From contig JBIJDE010000003.1 in assembly GCA_044344305.1 (NCBI GenBank), positions 1-37,903 of the forward strand: a stretch of DNA of 37,903 nucleotides, given 5' to 3'. This document shows, piece after piece, positions 8,887 through 17,557 of this stretch (within the stretch, counting starts at the first letter, position 1; the number at the start of each line of letters is the position of its first letter). The DNA is from Armatimonadota bacterium (GTDB lineage: Bacteria > Armatimonadota > Hebobacteria > CAIYQO01). The notes under the pieces were generated by a model. That model did no database searches and was not told the origin of the DNA. It saw only the letters and a list, made by a program, of their open reading frames with translations. A program made the position numbers and the translations under genes.

Positions 8887-11800
8887 GGTTGTATTCCTAT
8901 TCTTGCAGGGGTAATTGGCATCGCCGGCCATTCCCATTCGGCAATCTTTACAGTGTGCTTGCCGGCGGAAACGCCGAGGGCAATACTGAACTGTGGGGTA
9001 ATCGTACCTTTGCTGATTGTGGGTTCATCGGCGAAGCCGGCGCACCAGCGTACGCCATCCATCCAATAGCCGGGACGAACAATCTTCTCGGGCCAGGTGG
9101 TGACGATGGTGCGGACGCCGCCGTCCACTGTGCCGGTGATGCCGTCAGCAGTGAAAGTAAGGTCGAATGGCCCCATTCCGCGCACGCCCACGTTACCGTG
9201 GGTCAACTTCACGTATACAGGGGCGGGGGCGACGAAACGGATTTTCCCACCTTCAGCAATAACTTGAGACTCGGTCACAGCAGGGCCATTGATTTTATTA
9301 CTCTTGTAGTTGAGCTTGCTGCCGCGCAGCAGAACCAGCTCCGGCTTGCCGGTATTAGGTATACGCACTGTACCGGCTTGACCGCTAAACTCAATGCCAT
9401 CGCCTTTATATTCCAGTGACGTGGTCGATAGAAAGACGTAGTCGGTACCTTCCGCCGTGACAACCTTAGTGACACCAGGCGCGAGTTGCATCGCGATCGG
9501 TGTAGTCTCGCCAGCGCCGCGCGGATACAGCACCCAAGCTATCTCCTGACCAGGCGCGCTCTGCAAGCGCAGCGTCACATGCTGTTCCTTGCCCCCCACC
9601 CAGTCGCGCGACGTGCCGGTGGGTTTGTTATATGCTCCCACTTGCATCGGCAGGTCATCTTCGACCATCTCGAAGGCCGGGTTGGCGCGGTTAGTGAACA
9701 GCATATCCAGTTTAGTTGGCCATTCAGTATCGAGAGACACCTTTGCACCGTCCATAGTCACATTGGTTTTACGTCCGAGTAGACTGAGGTTAAACCAACT
9801 CGCAAGCTGACCACCCTGCCCTGAGCCCGTCGAAGGATCCACCTGGGTGCTGTCGCGGATGACGAAGTAATTCGCTCCCTTGGCGTTCGGGCTCTTGAGG
9901 AATGCGACCTGGCGGTCCCATGTGAAAGCGCCTTCCTTCTGAGCGAGCCCCGCGACGATTTCGCGCGGTCTGCCGAAATCCAGGTTGTACGCAGAATTTA
10001 CACGGTTTACATGCCCCTTCTGGTAGCCGGGGTTGATGAACCAGTCCGGATAACCGATCGACGCCCAGGCGTAGTCCATGTTCCCGTCGAAACAGGCATC
10101 AAGGATATTACTGTCGACCCAGTCGTGCGGTAAATCATTTCCTGGAGCGCCGAAGCGCAGGAAGTTCTTGTCGGGGAAACGGTTGTCCTTCGGCCCGCCA
10201 TACTGGTAAGGCTGGGGCGGCAGCAGCACCGCACCCTTGGCGTAGAGCATGAGGTTGCCCTGGTCCTGGTTCCAGTGACTCCAGTGATAGCCGCTGCGCA
10301 GGTAGAGTGCTGTTTCATCGGCGCCTTGATGCGCGCGGAAGATGACGCCATACCCGGGGTAAACGCGGCTGGTGAGTTTTGGCTCTTTCGCGGCAATCGA
10401 GGGCCGGATCATGGCCGGAATAGTAATGGCATCGGCGCCAGTGCCAATCATCCGGCCATTGTTTTCCCACGCCCACCGGAGGTTGGCGGCGAACTCCGGA
10501 TCCTTGTCCGCCACCGTGCCCATCGCTTGAAGGTAATGCGGTGACTGACCCACCGGTGAGTTAGCGGTGCCGGGAATGGTGCGCGAACCGTAGCGCGGGT
10601 CCACCGGTGAAAGCAGGTTGAGAAAGTAGTCGAAATCGGCTCGGTTGTAGGCCCAGGCACGCTCGGTGGCAGGCATCTTATCCGCAAGCACGCCCATCAG
10701 ACCACGCTCAATCTTACCATACCCGTGCATGTGATAGCTCGTGCCGTATTCCATCCACGCACCCTCGGGTGCCATGAGGGTGCCCTGCTTGTACGCGAGA
10801 AACGACCCCATATATTCGGCCCAGGTCTTGTGCATCGGGTGATCAGGAATCAGTGCCGCCAGGTTACCGCGGTCGGAAAGGCGCGCTACGCCCATATTTG
10901 GGTTGCCGTGGTGCGAGCCGTTGCCGGCGCTGGTTACGTCCGGTTCAGTTAGTAAGTACGAGAGCAAGGCCAATCGGGTACGCAGTTGCCGCCGTTCTTC
11001 AGCCGACAGTTTGGGGTTCGCCAGTGCCGCCTCGGCCGCGCCTACTGGGCCACCGAAGTCCCCAAGCGCTTGATGATGATGAATCGAAATCGACGAGACA
11101 ATGTAGTTGATGCTGGCCTGCAAACTGCGACCGGATCCGCCAGAAATGGTGGGCAGTTCACCCTGCGCCGGCTTCGCCAGCCAGTCAGGCGTGGTGAAGA
11201 CGCGCGGATACGCCACCTTGCCGTCGGGCCTGCCCTGAGCGGAGTCGAAGGGCCAATCCAGGATGTAATCCTTGTAGCGGTCAAGCCCGACCACGCCGTA
11301 GTAGATGCGCACAGCGTTGCCGACGCCGGCCGCTCCTTGAAGATCCTTCGAGGTCATGGCCGGCGGGGTCAGCACCAGCGCCCAGATGCGCCGGCCATAA
11401 GTGATCGACAACGCCGGGTCATGCTCATGACAGGAGAAGGGCGAGGTGTCAGAACGTGGTTCATTGAGCCACGAAGTTTGCGTGACGGACATAGGGAATT
11501 GCACACGCACCTGACCACCCTTCACATAGACCGGCATGCTGTTCGCGCGCCGCCAGTCACCCTTGTGCAGCGGGGCGATCATAGCCAGCGGATAGTTCTT
11601 GGGGTCAGCCTGCCGTGCCGCCGCCACGTGTACGCCGTAGTAAGAGACAAACTTGTCGTAGTAAATGCGCATGACCTTGCCATCGCCTGCCGCATCACCC
11701 AGAAGATCCTTTGATTTCATGGTCGGCGAGGTCGGCAGCAGCGCCCAGTCGCCCCAGCAGGAGTCATGATGGATGAAGCGCAACGGCCGGTTGTCTTCGG

Positions 11801-12812
11801 ACACGGGCTTGAGATTGGCATCCATATTGGCCGGCTTCGACTTCTCCTCGTCCGCCAGGCTAACGAAAGTAACCGGGCTGTTACCCTGGCCGGCAACGTT
11901 CATGTGCTCAGCCGCGTCCGGCTGCCAGCCCTTGGATAAATCAAGCTGCCAGAAGTCGGTGTCGGCCTCAACGCCGAGGTCATATTCTTCCCGCACCTGC
12001 GCAAATGGAGCGCGGTCGGTTACACGAATCATCGCCTGGTAATATCCGCCGCCGGTATATTCGAGTCGGTAGCATATTTCGGTGAAGACCGGGCCTTTGG
12101 CCGTCTGCATCACGGTGAATTTCTTGACCGGCCGCTTGCTCAGGATCGTACCAGCACCGCGCCATGCACCTGCCCCGAGCCCCATCGAAGGGTCTGCCCT
12201 GAGCCCCGTCGAAGGGTCTGCCCCGAGTTCCATCGAGGGACCATCTGGTCCGCGGAAAGCGAGGATCGGCGCGGGCAGCGTGTCCGCTGCGACCGGCTTG
12301 TTAAAATTCTTCTTCTGGAGCGCCGGCACCTTCACGGCCACCTGCTGGTTAGCGAGTACCAGCGCGTCGCCGTCCTTTGTCGCCGACACTGCCGGCGTAG
12401 CCGTCGGCTCTTTGCCGTCTGTGCGCAGCGTATAGGTTGCCGTGCCGTTCGGCGCGACCGCAGCCACAAAGGAGAGTGTGGCCTTCCCCTTCTCGCCCGG
12501 CGTCACCTGCACGGGCTGCGACTTGCCGGTGGCGTCGTCAACGCGCAGGCTCTTGCCACCGTCCTTCGGTAAGTCGATAGTGTAATTCACCAGGTCCGGC
12601 GGAAAGCCCCGCCCCGTCCAGTCCTTGAGGGTGATGGTCTGCGGCTCAGCCGCGGTCAGCAGGCTGCCAGCGAGTAGCAATGCCGCCAGCGCTATATATT
12701 TTTTGATCCGAGAAATATTGCCAGCCTGGACCGCCACTGGACCGGCCTCACCTTGTTTCTCGATAATCCGTTGGTGCCGCTGAATAATGCAGTTTTCAGG
12801 AGTCTTCTTCAT
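8883..12812 (-). CDS. Large secreted protein with heparinase II/III-like C-terminal module (putative polysaccharide lyase), paralog 1
   Basis: 1309-aa ORF with a hydrophobic signal-like stretch (KKYIALAALLLAGSLLTAA), HHGNPNM, PEGAWMEYGTSYHMH and GVIFR...SGYHWSHWNQDQGNLMLY. Highly similar to 12950..16669. Confidence 0.75.
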   Translation of the reverse strand: MKKTPENCIIQRHQRIIEKQGEAGPVAVQAGNISRIKKYIALAALLLAGSLLTAAEPQTITLKDWTGRGFPPDLVNYTIDLPKDGGKSLRVDDATGKSQPVQVTPGEKGKATLSFVAAVAPNGTATYTLRTDGKEPTATPAVSATKDGDALVLANQQVAVKVPALQKKNFNKPVAADTLPAPILAFRGPDGPSMELGADPSTGLRADPSMGLGAGAWRGAGTILSKRPVKKFTVMQTAKGPVFTEICYRLEYTGGGYYQAMIRVTDRAPFAQVREEYDLGVEADTDFWQLDLSKGWQPDAAEHMNVAGQGNSPVTFVSLADEEKSKPANMDANLKPVSEDNRPLRFIHHDSCWGDWALLPTSPTMKSKDLLGDAAGDGKVMRIYYDKFVSYYGVHVAAARQADPKNYPLAMIAPLHKGDWRRANSMPVYVKGGQVRVQFPMSVTQTSWLNEPRSDTSPFSCHEHDPALSITYGRRIWALVLTPPAMTSKDLQGAAGVGNAVRIYYGVVGLDRYKDYILDWPFDSAQGRPDGKVAYPRVFTTPDWLAKPAQGELPTISGGSGRSLQASINYIVSSISIHHHQALGDFGGPVGAAEAALANPKLSAEERRQLRTRLALLSYLLTEPDVTSAGNGSHHGNPNMGVARLSDRGNLAALIPDHPMHKTWAEYMGSFLAYKQGTLMAPEGAWMEYGTSYHMHGYGKIERGLMGVLADKMPATERAWAYNRADFDYFLNLLSPVDPRYGSRTIPGTANSPVGQSPHYLQAMGTVADKDPEFAANLRWAWENNGRMIGTGADAITIPAMIRPSIAAKEPKLTSRVYPGYGVIFRAHQGADETALYLRSGYHWSHWNQDQGNLMLYAKGAVLLPPQPYQYGGPKDNRFPDKNFLRFGAPGNDLPHDWVDSNILDACFDGNMDYAWASIGYPDWFINPGYQKGHVNRVNSAYNLDFGRPREIVAGLAQKEGAFTWDRQVAFLKSPNAKGANYFVIRDSTQVDPSTGSGQGGQLASWFNLSLLGRKTNVTMDGAKVSLDTEWPTKLDMLFTNRANPAFEMVEDDLPMQVGAYNKPTGTSRDWVGGKEQHVTLRLQSAPGQEIAWVLYPRGAGETTPIAMQLAPGVTKVVTAEGTDYVFLSTTSLEYKGDGIEFSGQAGTVRIPNTGKPELVLLRGSKLNYKSNKINGPAVTESQVIAEGGKIRFVAPAPVYVKLTHGNVGVRGMGPFDLTFTADGITGTVDGGVRTIVTTWPEKIVRPGYWMDGVRWCAGFADEPTISKGTITPQFSIALGVSAGKHTVKIAEWEWPAMPITPARIGIQP
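9817..9840. repeat. 24-bp in-frame hairpin insert (peptide DPSTGSGQ)
   Basis: TGCCCTGAGCCCGTCGAAGGATCC, preceded by CC. The same site is occupied in paralog 2. Confidence 0.8.
11231..11254. repeat. 24-bp in-frame hairpin insert (peptide PFDSAQGR)
   Basis: GGGCC[TGCCCTGAGCGGAGTCGAAGGGCC]AAT. The orthologous site in paralog 2 (~15320, TCAGGCCAATC) is empty. Confidence 0.88.
11655..11750 (-). repeat. In-frame, non-tandem diverged copy of segment 11295-11387
   Basis: DWALLPTSPTMKSKDLLGDAAGDGKVMRIYYD versus IWALVLTPPAMTSKDLQGAAGVGNAVRIYYG. Paralog 2 has a single Ser at this position. Confidence 0.85.
12171..12242. repeat. Three tandem 24-bp in-frame hairpin inserts
   Basis: TGCCCCGAGCCCCATCGAAGGGTC / TGCCCTGAGCCCCGTCGAAGGGTC / TGCCCCGAGTTCCATCGAGGGACC. 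Paralog 2 has one unit here. Confidence 0.88.
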
Positions 12813-12847
12813 CGTGTTCCCCTATTTCACCTTGCTGCAAGGTTGGA

Positions 12848-12908
12848 GGGTAAGGATTCGGTTGTTCCGCGCCTTACCCCGTGGGACGGACATCTTGCCC
12901 GTCCCACG
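12848..12908. repeat. Two adjacent intergenic hairpins, the second REP-like
   Basis: GGGTAAGG (12848-12855) pairs with CCTTACCC (12872-12879). CGTGGGACGG-ACATCTTGC-CCGTCCCACG (12880-12908) has a 10-bp perfect stem. No U-tract. Confidence 0.6.
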
Positions 12909-12949
12909 AGGAGGCATCAGAACCTACCGAATTATTCCCTTACCGGTTC

Positions 12950-15900
12950 CTATTTCTCCAGCGTCAGCGCAGTCCGCGCTGGCGGCGTTGGCATCGCCGG
13001 CCATTCCCATTCGGCGATTTTCACCGCGTGCTTACCGGCAGAAACACCGATGGCGAGGCTGAACTGAGGAGTTGCCATGCCTTTGCTGATTGATGGTTCA
13101 TCGGCGAAACCGGCGCACCAGCGCACTCCGTCCATCCAGTAACCCGGGCGGACTATTTTCTCTGGCCAGGTGGTAACAATAGTACGAATGTCGCCGTCTA
13201 CCTTGCCGATGATGCCGTCGGGAGTGAAAGTGAGGTCGAATGGCCCCATACCACGCACACCCATGTTGCCGTTGGTCAACTTCACGTATACAGGGGCGGG
13301 AGCGAAGAAACGAACCTTTCCACCTTCAGCAATAACCTGCTGTTCATTCGCTGCAGGACCATTGACCGTCTTACCCTTGTATTTAAGCTTGCTACCGCGT
13401 AAGAGGACCAGTTCTGGCTTACCTGTATTAGGTATACGCACTGTACCAGCTTGGCCGCTGAACTCGATGCCATCACCTTTGTATTCCAATGGCGTGGTCG
13501 ATAGAAATACATAGTCGGTGCCTTCCGTCGTGACGACCTTAGTTACACCCGGCGCGAGTTGCGTCGCGGTCGGTGTGGTCTCGCCGGCGCCGCGCGGGAA
13601 GAGTACCCAGGCGACCCCCTGACCCGGCGCACTCTGCAGGCGCAAGGCTACGTGTTGTTCTTTCTTATTGCCGTTAGTCCAGTCACGCGACGTGCCAGTG
13701 GGATTGCTATACGGTCCAACTGCAAGCGTCAGGTCATCTTCGACCATCTCAAAAGTCGGGTTGGCGCGGTCAGTGAAGAGCATATCCAGCTTGGTCGGCC
13801 ATTCGGTATCAAGCGACACCTTCGCACCGTCTATCGTCACATTGGCCTTACGCCCGAGCAGACTGAGGTTGAACCAACTCGCGAACTGACCACCCTGCCC
13901 TGAGCCCGCCTGTCCTGAGCCAGCCGAAGGGGCCGAAGGGTCCCCCTGGGTACTATCACGAATAACGAAGTAGTTCGCACCCTTGGCGTTCGGGCTCTTG
14001 AGGAACACAACTTGCCGGTCCCAAGTAAAAGCACCTTCTTTTTGACCAAGACCGGGGATCATCTTACCATTGACTCCGCCCCCCACGTTAGGAACCCCCT
14101 TGGCCCAGCCGGGAGGTGCGCCTGGAGTAATCCACCAATCGGGATAGCCGGTCGAATGCCAGGCATAGTCCACGTTCTGACCGAACTGCGCGTCGAGGAT
14201 GTTACTGTCAGACCAATCATAAGGCATTTCGGCTACCGGTGATCCGAACCTTAGGAAGTTCTTATCAGGAAAAGCAGGATCCTTTGGGCCGCCATATTGG
14301 TAAGGTTGCGGCGGCAATAACACTGCGCCTTTGGCGTAGAGAATCATATTCCCCTGATCATGGCCCCAGTGGCTCCAATGGTAACCGCTACGCAGGTAGA
14401 GCGCTGTTTCATCGGCGCCTTGATGCGCGCGGAAGATGACGCCATACCCGGGATAGACGCGGCTGGTGAGTGTTGGCTCTTTCGCGGCAATCGAAGGCCG
14501 TATCATGGCTGGAATGGTGATAGCGTCACCACCGGTGCCAACCATCTTGCCATTGTTTTCCCAGGCCCATCGAAGGTTGGCGGCTAATTCTGGGTCCTTG
14601 TCCGCCACCGTGCCCATTGCCTGGAGGTAGTGTGGCGACTGTCCGCATGGTGCATTAGCGGTGCCGGGGATGATACGCGAACCGTAACGCGGGTCTATTG
14701 GCGACAACAGGTTGAGTAAATAGTCGAAATCGGCGCGGTTGTACGCCCAGGCCTGATCCGCCTGCGGTGTCTTGTCAGCGAGTAGACCCATTATACCGCG
14801 CTCAATCTTTCCATACCCGTGCATGTGGTAGCTGGCGCCGTACTCAATCCATGCACCCTCAGGTGCCATGAAGGTAGCCTGCTTGTAAGCGAGGAACGAC
14901 CCCATGTAATCAGCCCAGGTCTTGTGCATCGGGTGATCGGGAATCAGCGCAGCCAGATTACCGCGGTCGGAAAGGCGCGCCACGCCCATGTTGGGGTTGC
15001 CGTGGTGTGAGCCGTTGCCAGCGCTGGTCACGTCTGGTTCGGTTAACAAGTACGAGAGCAAGGCCAGTCGTGTGCGCAATTGCCGCCGTTCCTCAGCCGA
15101 TATATTGGGGTTGGCCAGTGCCGCTTCGGCAGCGCCTACCGGTCCGCCAAAGTCCCCAAGCGCATGATGGTGATGAATTGAAATCGATGAAACGATGTAG
15201 TTAATGCTTGCCTGCAGACTGCGTCCGGATCCTCCTGAAATGGCGGGCAACGCTCCCTGCGCCGGCTTAGCCAACCAATCTGGAGTGGTGAAAACGCGGG
15301 GATAATTCACCTTTGCATCAGGCCAATCTAATACGTAGTCTTTATAGCGATCAAGACCTACTACGCCGTAATAGATGCGCACAGCGTTGCCGGTTCCTGC
15401 TTCTCCCTGAAGATCCTTTGATGTCATAGTCGGCGGGGTCAGCACTAATGCCCAAACGCGTCGGCCATAAGTGGTCGGCAATGCCGGATCATGCTCATGG
15501 GCGGAGAATGGTGATGTGTCAGAGCGTGGTTCTTTGAGCCACGAGGTTTGTGTGACGGACATCGGGAATTGCACTCGCACCTGTCCACCCTTCACGTAGA
15601 CCGGCATGCTATTCGCGCGTCGCCAGTCACCTTTATGCAATGGTGCGACTATGGCCATCGGATAGTTCTTGGGGTCGGCCTGCCGTGCTGCCGCGACTTG
15701 CACACCGTAGTAAGCGACAAACTTGCTGCCCCAGCAGGAATCGTGATGGATGAAGCGCAACGGTACGTCGCCACCAGTCTCGGTTTTTATATTAGCGTCG
15801 ATGCTGGCGGGTTTCGCCTTTTCCTCGACAGCCAGGCTAACGAACGTTGCCGGGCCATTACCCTGGCCGGCAACGTTCATGTGCTCCGCCGCATCCGGCT

Positions 15901-16669
15901 GCCAACCCTTGGATAAATCAAGCTGCCAGAAGTCGGTGTCGGTCTCAACGCCGAGGTCATATTCTTCCCGCACCTGAGCAAATGGAGCGCGGTCAGTGAC
16001 GCGAATCACGGCCTGGTAATAGCCGCCGCCAATGTACTCAAGGCGATAGCGGATCTCAGTAAACACCGGACCATTGGCTGTCTGAACCACTGTAAATTTT
16101 TTCACCGGTCGCTTAACAAGCATCGTTCCAGCACCACGCCATGCGCCTGTCCCGAGTTCCGTCGAGGGGCCGTCCGGGCCGCGGAACGCCAATATTGGTG
16201 CTGGTAGCGTATCGGCTGCGACAGGTTTGTCATAAGTATTATCTACAAGTGTAGGTACTTTCACTGCAAAATTCTGATTTGCGAGGACAAGGGTATCGCC
16301 ATCACGAATTGCCGATACTGTTGCCGGTGCTGCCTGATCTTTACCATCTGTTTGAATGGTGTAAACCGACGTGCCATTAACAGATACCGAGGCAACAAAA
16401 CTCAGTGTTGATTTCCCTTTTTCGCCCGGTGTTAATTGCACTGGCAATGACTTACCTGTGGAATCTAATACGCGCAAACCGGTGCCACCATCAGCAGGAG
16501 TTGGGATGATATAATTCACCAAATCCGGAGGAAACCCGCGACCAGTCCAATCTTTTATGGAAACCGTCTTCGGTTCAGCAAACACACTGATAGTAAGTAC
16601 TATCAGACTCAATAACGCAAACAATAGCTTTTTAGCTAAGTTTGAATTAAAAGTGAAGCAAATCATCAT
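12950..16669 (-). CDS. Large secreted protein with heparinase II/III-like C-terminal module (putative polysaccharide lyase), paralog 2
   Basis: 1239-aa ORF with a signal peptide (KKLLFALLSLIVLTISVFA-EP), the same motifs as paralog 1, and SHWGHDQG. The start overlaps the SGNH stop. Confidence 0.75.
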   Translation of the reverse strand: MMICFTFNSNLAKKLLFALLSLIVLTISVFAEPKTVSIKDWTGRGFPPDLVNYIIPTPADGGTGLRVLDSTGKSLPVQLTPGEKGKSTLSFVASVSVNGTSVYTIQTDGKDQAAPATVSAIRDGDTLVLANQNFAVKVPTLVDNTYDKPVAADTLPAPILAFRGPDGPSTELGTGAWRGAGTMLVKRPVKKFTVVQTANGPVFTEIRYRLEYIGGGYYQAVIRVTDRAPFAQVREEYDLGVETDTDFWQLDLSKGWQPDAAEHMNVAGQGNGPATFVSLAVEEKAKPASIDANIKTETGGDVPLRFIHHDSCWGSKFVAYYGVQVAAARQADPKNYPMAIVAPLHKGDWRRANSMPVYVKGGQVRVQFPMSVTQTSWLKEPRSDTSPFSAHEHDPALPTTYGRRVWALVLTPPTMTSKDLQGEAGTGNAVRIYYGVVGLDRYKDYVLDWPDAKVNYPRVFTTPDWLAKPAQGALPAISGGSGRSLQASINYIVSSISIHHHHALGDFGGPVGAAEAALANPNISAEERRQLRTRLALLSYLLTEPDVTSAGNGSHHGNPNMGVARLSDRGNLAALIPDHPMHKTWADYMGSFLAYKQATFMAPEGAWIEYGASYHMHGYGKIERGIMGLLADKTPQADQAWAYNRADFDYLLNLLSPIDPRYGSRIIPGTANAPCGQSPHYLQAMGTVADKDPELAANLRWAWENNGKMVGTGGDAITIPAMIRPSIAAKEPTLTSRVYPGYGVIFRAHQGADETALYLRSGYHWSHWGHDQGNMILYAKGAVLLPPQPYQYGGPKDPAFPDKNFLRFGSPVAEMPYDWSDSNILDAQFGQNVDYAWHSTGYPDWWITPGAPPGWAKGVPNVGGGVNGKMIPGLGQKEGAFTWDRQVVFLKSPNAKGANYFVIRDSTQGDPSAPSAGSGQAGSGQGGQFASWFNLSLLGRKANVTIDGAKVSLDTEWPTKLDMLFTDRANPTFEMVEDDLTLAVGPYSNPTGTSRDWTNGNKKEQHVALRLQSAPGQGVAWVLFPRGAGETTPTATQLAPGVTKVVTTEGTDYVFLSTTPLEYKGDGIEFSGQAGTVRIPNTGKPELVLLRGSKLKYKGKTVNGPAANEQQVIAEGGKVRFFAPAPVYVKLTNGNMGVRGMGPFDLTFTPDGIIGKVDGDIRTIVTTWPEKIVRPGYWMDGVRWCAGFADEPSISKGMATPQFSLAIGVSAGKHAVKIAEWEWPAMPTPPARTALTLEK
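13896..13943. repeat. Nested pair of 24-bp hairpin inserts
   Basis: TGCCCTGAGCCCGCC[TGTCCTGAGCCAGCCGAAGGGGCC]GAAGGGTCC. The inner copy (13911-13934) sits within the outer copy, with GCC repeated at both ends. Confidence 0.85.
16148..16171. repeat. 24-bp in-frame hairpin insert (peptide PSTELGTG)
   Basis: GCC[TGTCCCGAGTTCCGTCGAGGGGCC]. Corresponds to the third unit at 12219-12242. Confidence 0.78.
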
Positions 16670-17409
16670 TTTTCTCCCTTTAGATTATTTTGTATTTGAT
16701 TAAATGCTGTTTCAGCCCAAACAACATGGCCCCGGTTAGTAGGGTGGCAATTATTCGCGTTAAAATGGTAATCGGCCCAGTTTTTACCGTTATCAGTTGC
16801 TGTTAATATGGCAGTACGAATATCGATAAATGGAACTTTTGCTTCTGTTGCCGCCGCCTTTTGAGCGGCTAATGTCTCATCAAGATGTTTAAAGAAAGGT
16901 TTCAACAGATTATCTCCGCCGGTTCCAACTATAATGGCATCCGCGTTGTATCTTTTGTGTATTTCAGTCGCCAGTGAAGTCAAAGCAAGTTTAGTTTCTT
17001 CCGGTACCAGATAATGGTAACTACAATCATTTGCGCCAAACGCGATTAACACCAAATCCGGCTTAAATGGTTCCAGATAATCAAGCCGTCCCAACCCTTC
17101 ATAACTGTTTTGCCCGCCGATAGCAAAGAAACTGACAGTGAAAACAGAGTCAGGATATGCCGCGCCAAGTTTTTTAACTAAAACCGACCCCCAATTATCG
17201 TCCACCGTTTTCGCGCCGCCATTCCACCCCTTTTTCACTTCGCTGATAGAGTCGCCATATATGACTACTTTAACAGGCTTTTTATCAACAATCAATTGCC
17301 GGGTATGCGGCAGCAAATCAGTTTTAATTTCATTTGCGACAGGTTCCGCGGTAAAACCCATAATATTTAATATTCCTGTCAACAACAGAGATATTGCAAA
17401 ATATTTCAT
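16666..17409 (-). CDS. SGNH/GDSL-family hydrolase (carbohydrate esterase-like), secreted
   Basis: GDSIS (block I), GGQNS (II), FGAND (III), NCHP (V). N-terminal signal peptide; GGGGG RBS. Confidence 0.9.
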   Translation of the reverse strand: MKYFAISLLLTGILNIMGFTAEPVANEIKTDLLPHTRQLIVDKKPVKVVIYGDSISEVKKGWNGGAKTVDDNWGSVLVKKLGAAYPDSVFTVSFFAIGGQNSYEGLGRLDYLEPFKPDLVLIAFGANDCSYHYLVPEETKLALTSLATEIHKRYNADAIIVGTGGDNLLKPFFKHLDETLAAQKAAATEAKVPFIDIRTAILTATDNGKNWADYHFNANNCHPTNRGHVVWAETAFNQIQNNLKGEK

Positions 17410-17438
17410 TTTTCCCCCTTAATTATTTCTTTTTATTA

Positions 17439-17470
17439 TATGACACCAAATGCTTAGGAACGTCCCATAA
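17439..17470 (-). promoter_or_regulatory. Conserved bipartite upstream motif with a LacI-like palindrome, copy 1
   Basis: TATGACAC-N8-TAGGAACGTCCCATAA (plus strand), 30 bp upstream of the SGNH start. Near-identical copy with the same spacing at 35497-35528. Confidence 0.68.
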
Positions 17471-17557
17471 ATATTATTTTTATTCTTAAACAGATAACAA
17501 CTAAATCCGTACAGAAAATCATAATTTTAAGTTGATTTTTTGTGTTTGTGGTATTTG

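Noticed and set aside
7978-9069. 363-aa plus-strand ORF, and similar long ORFs at 10986, 17540, 20407, 21540, 21802, 22866 and 23186
   Set aside because: Antisense or alternate-frame shadows of motif-bearing genes, expected in GC-rich DNA.
11295-11750. Repeat pair as the template/variable region of a diversity-generating retroelement
   Set aside because: Differences are not restricted to adenines, there is an indel, both copies are coding, and no reverse transcriptase is present.
12171-12242. 24-bp tandem repeats as a CRISPR array
   Set aside because: No spacers, located inside a CDS, and no cas genes.
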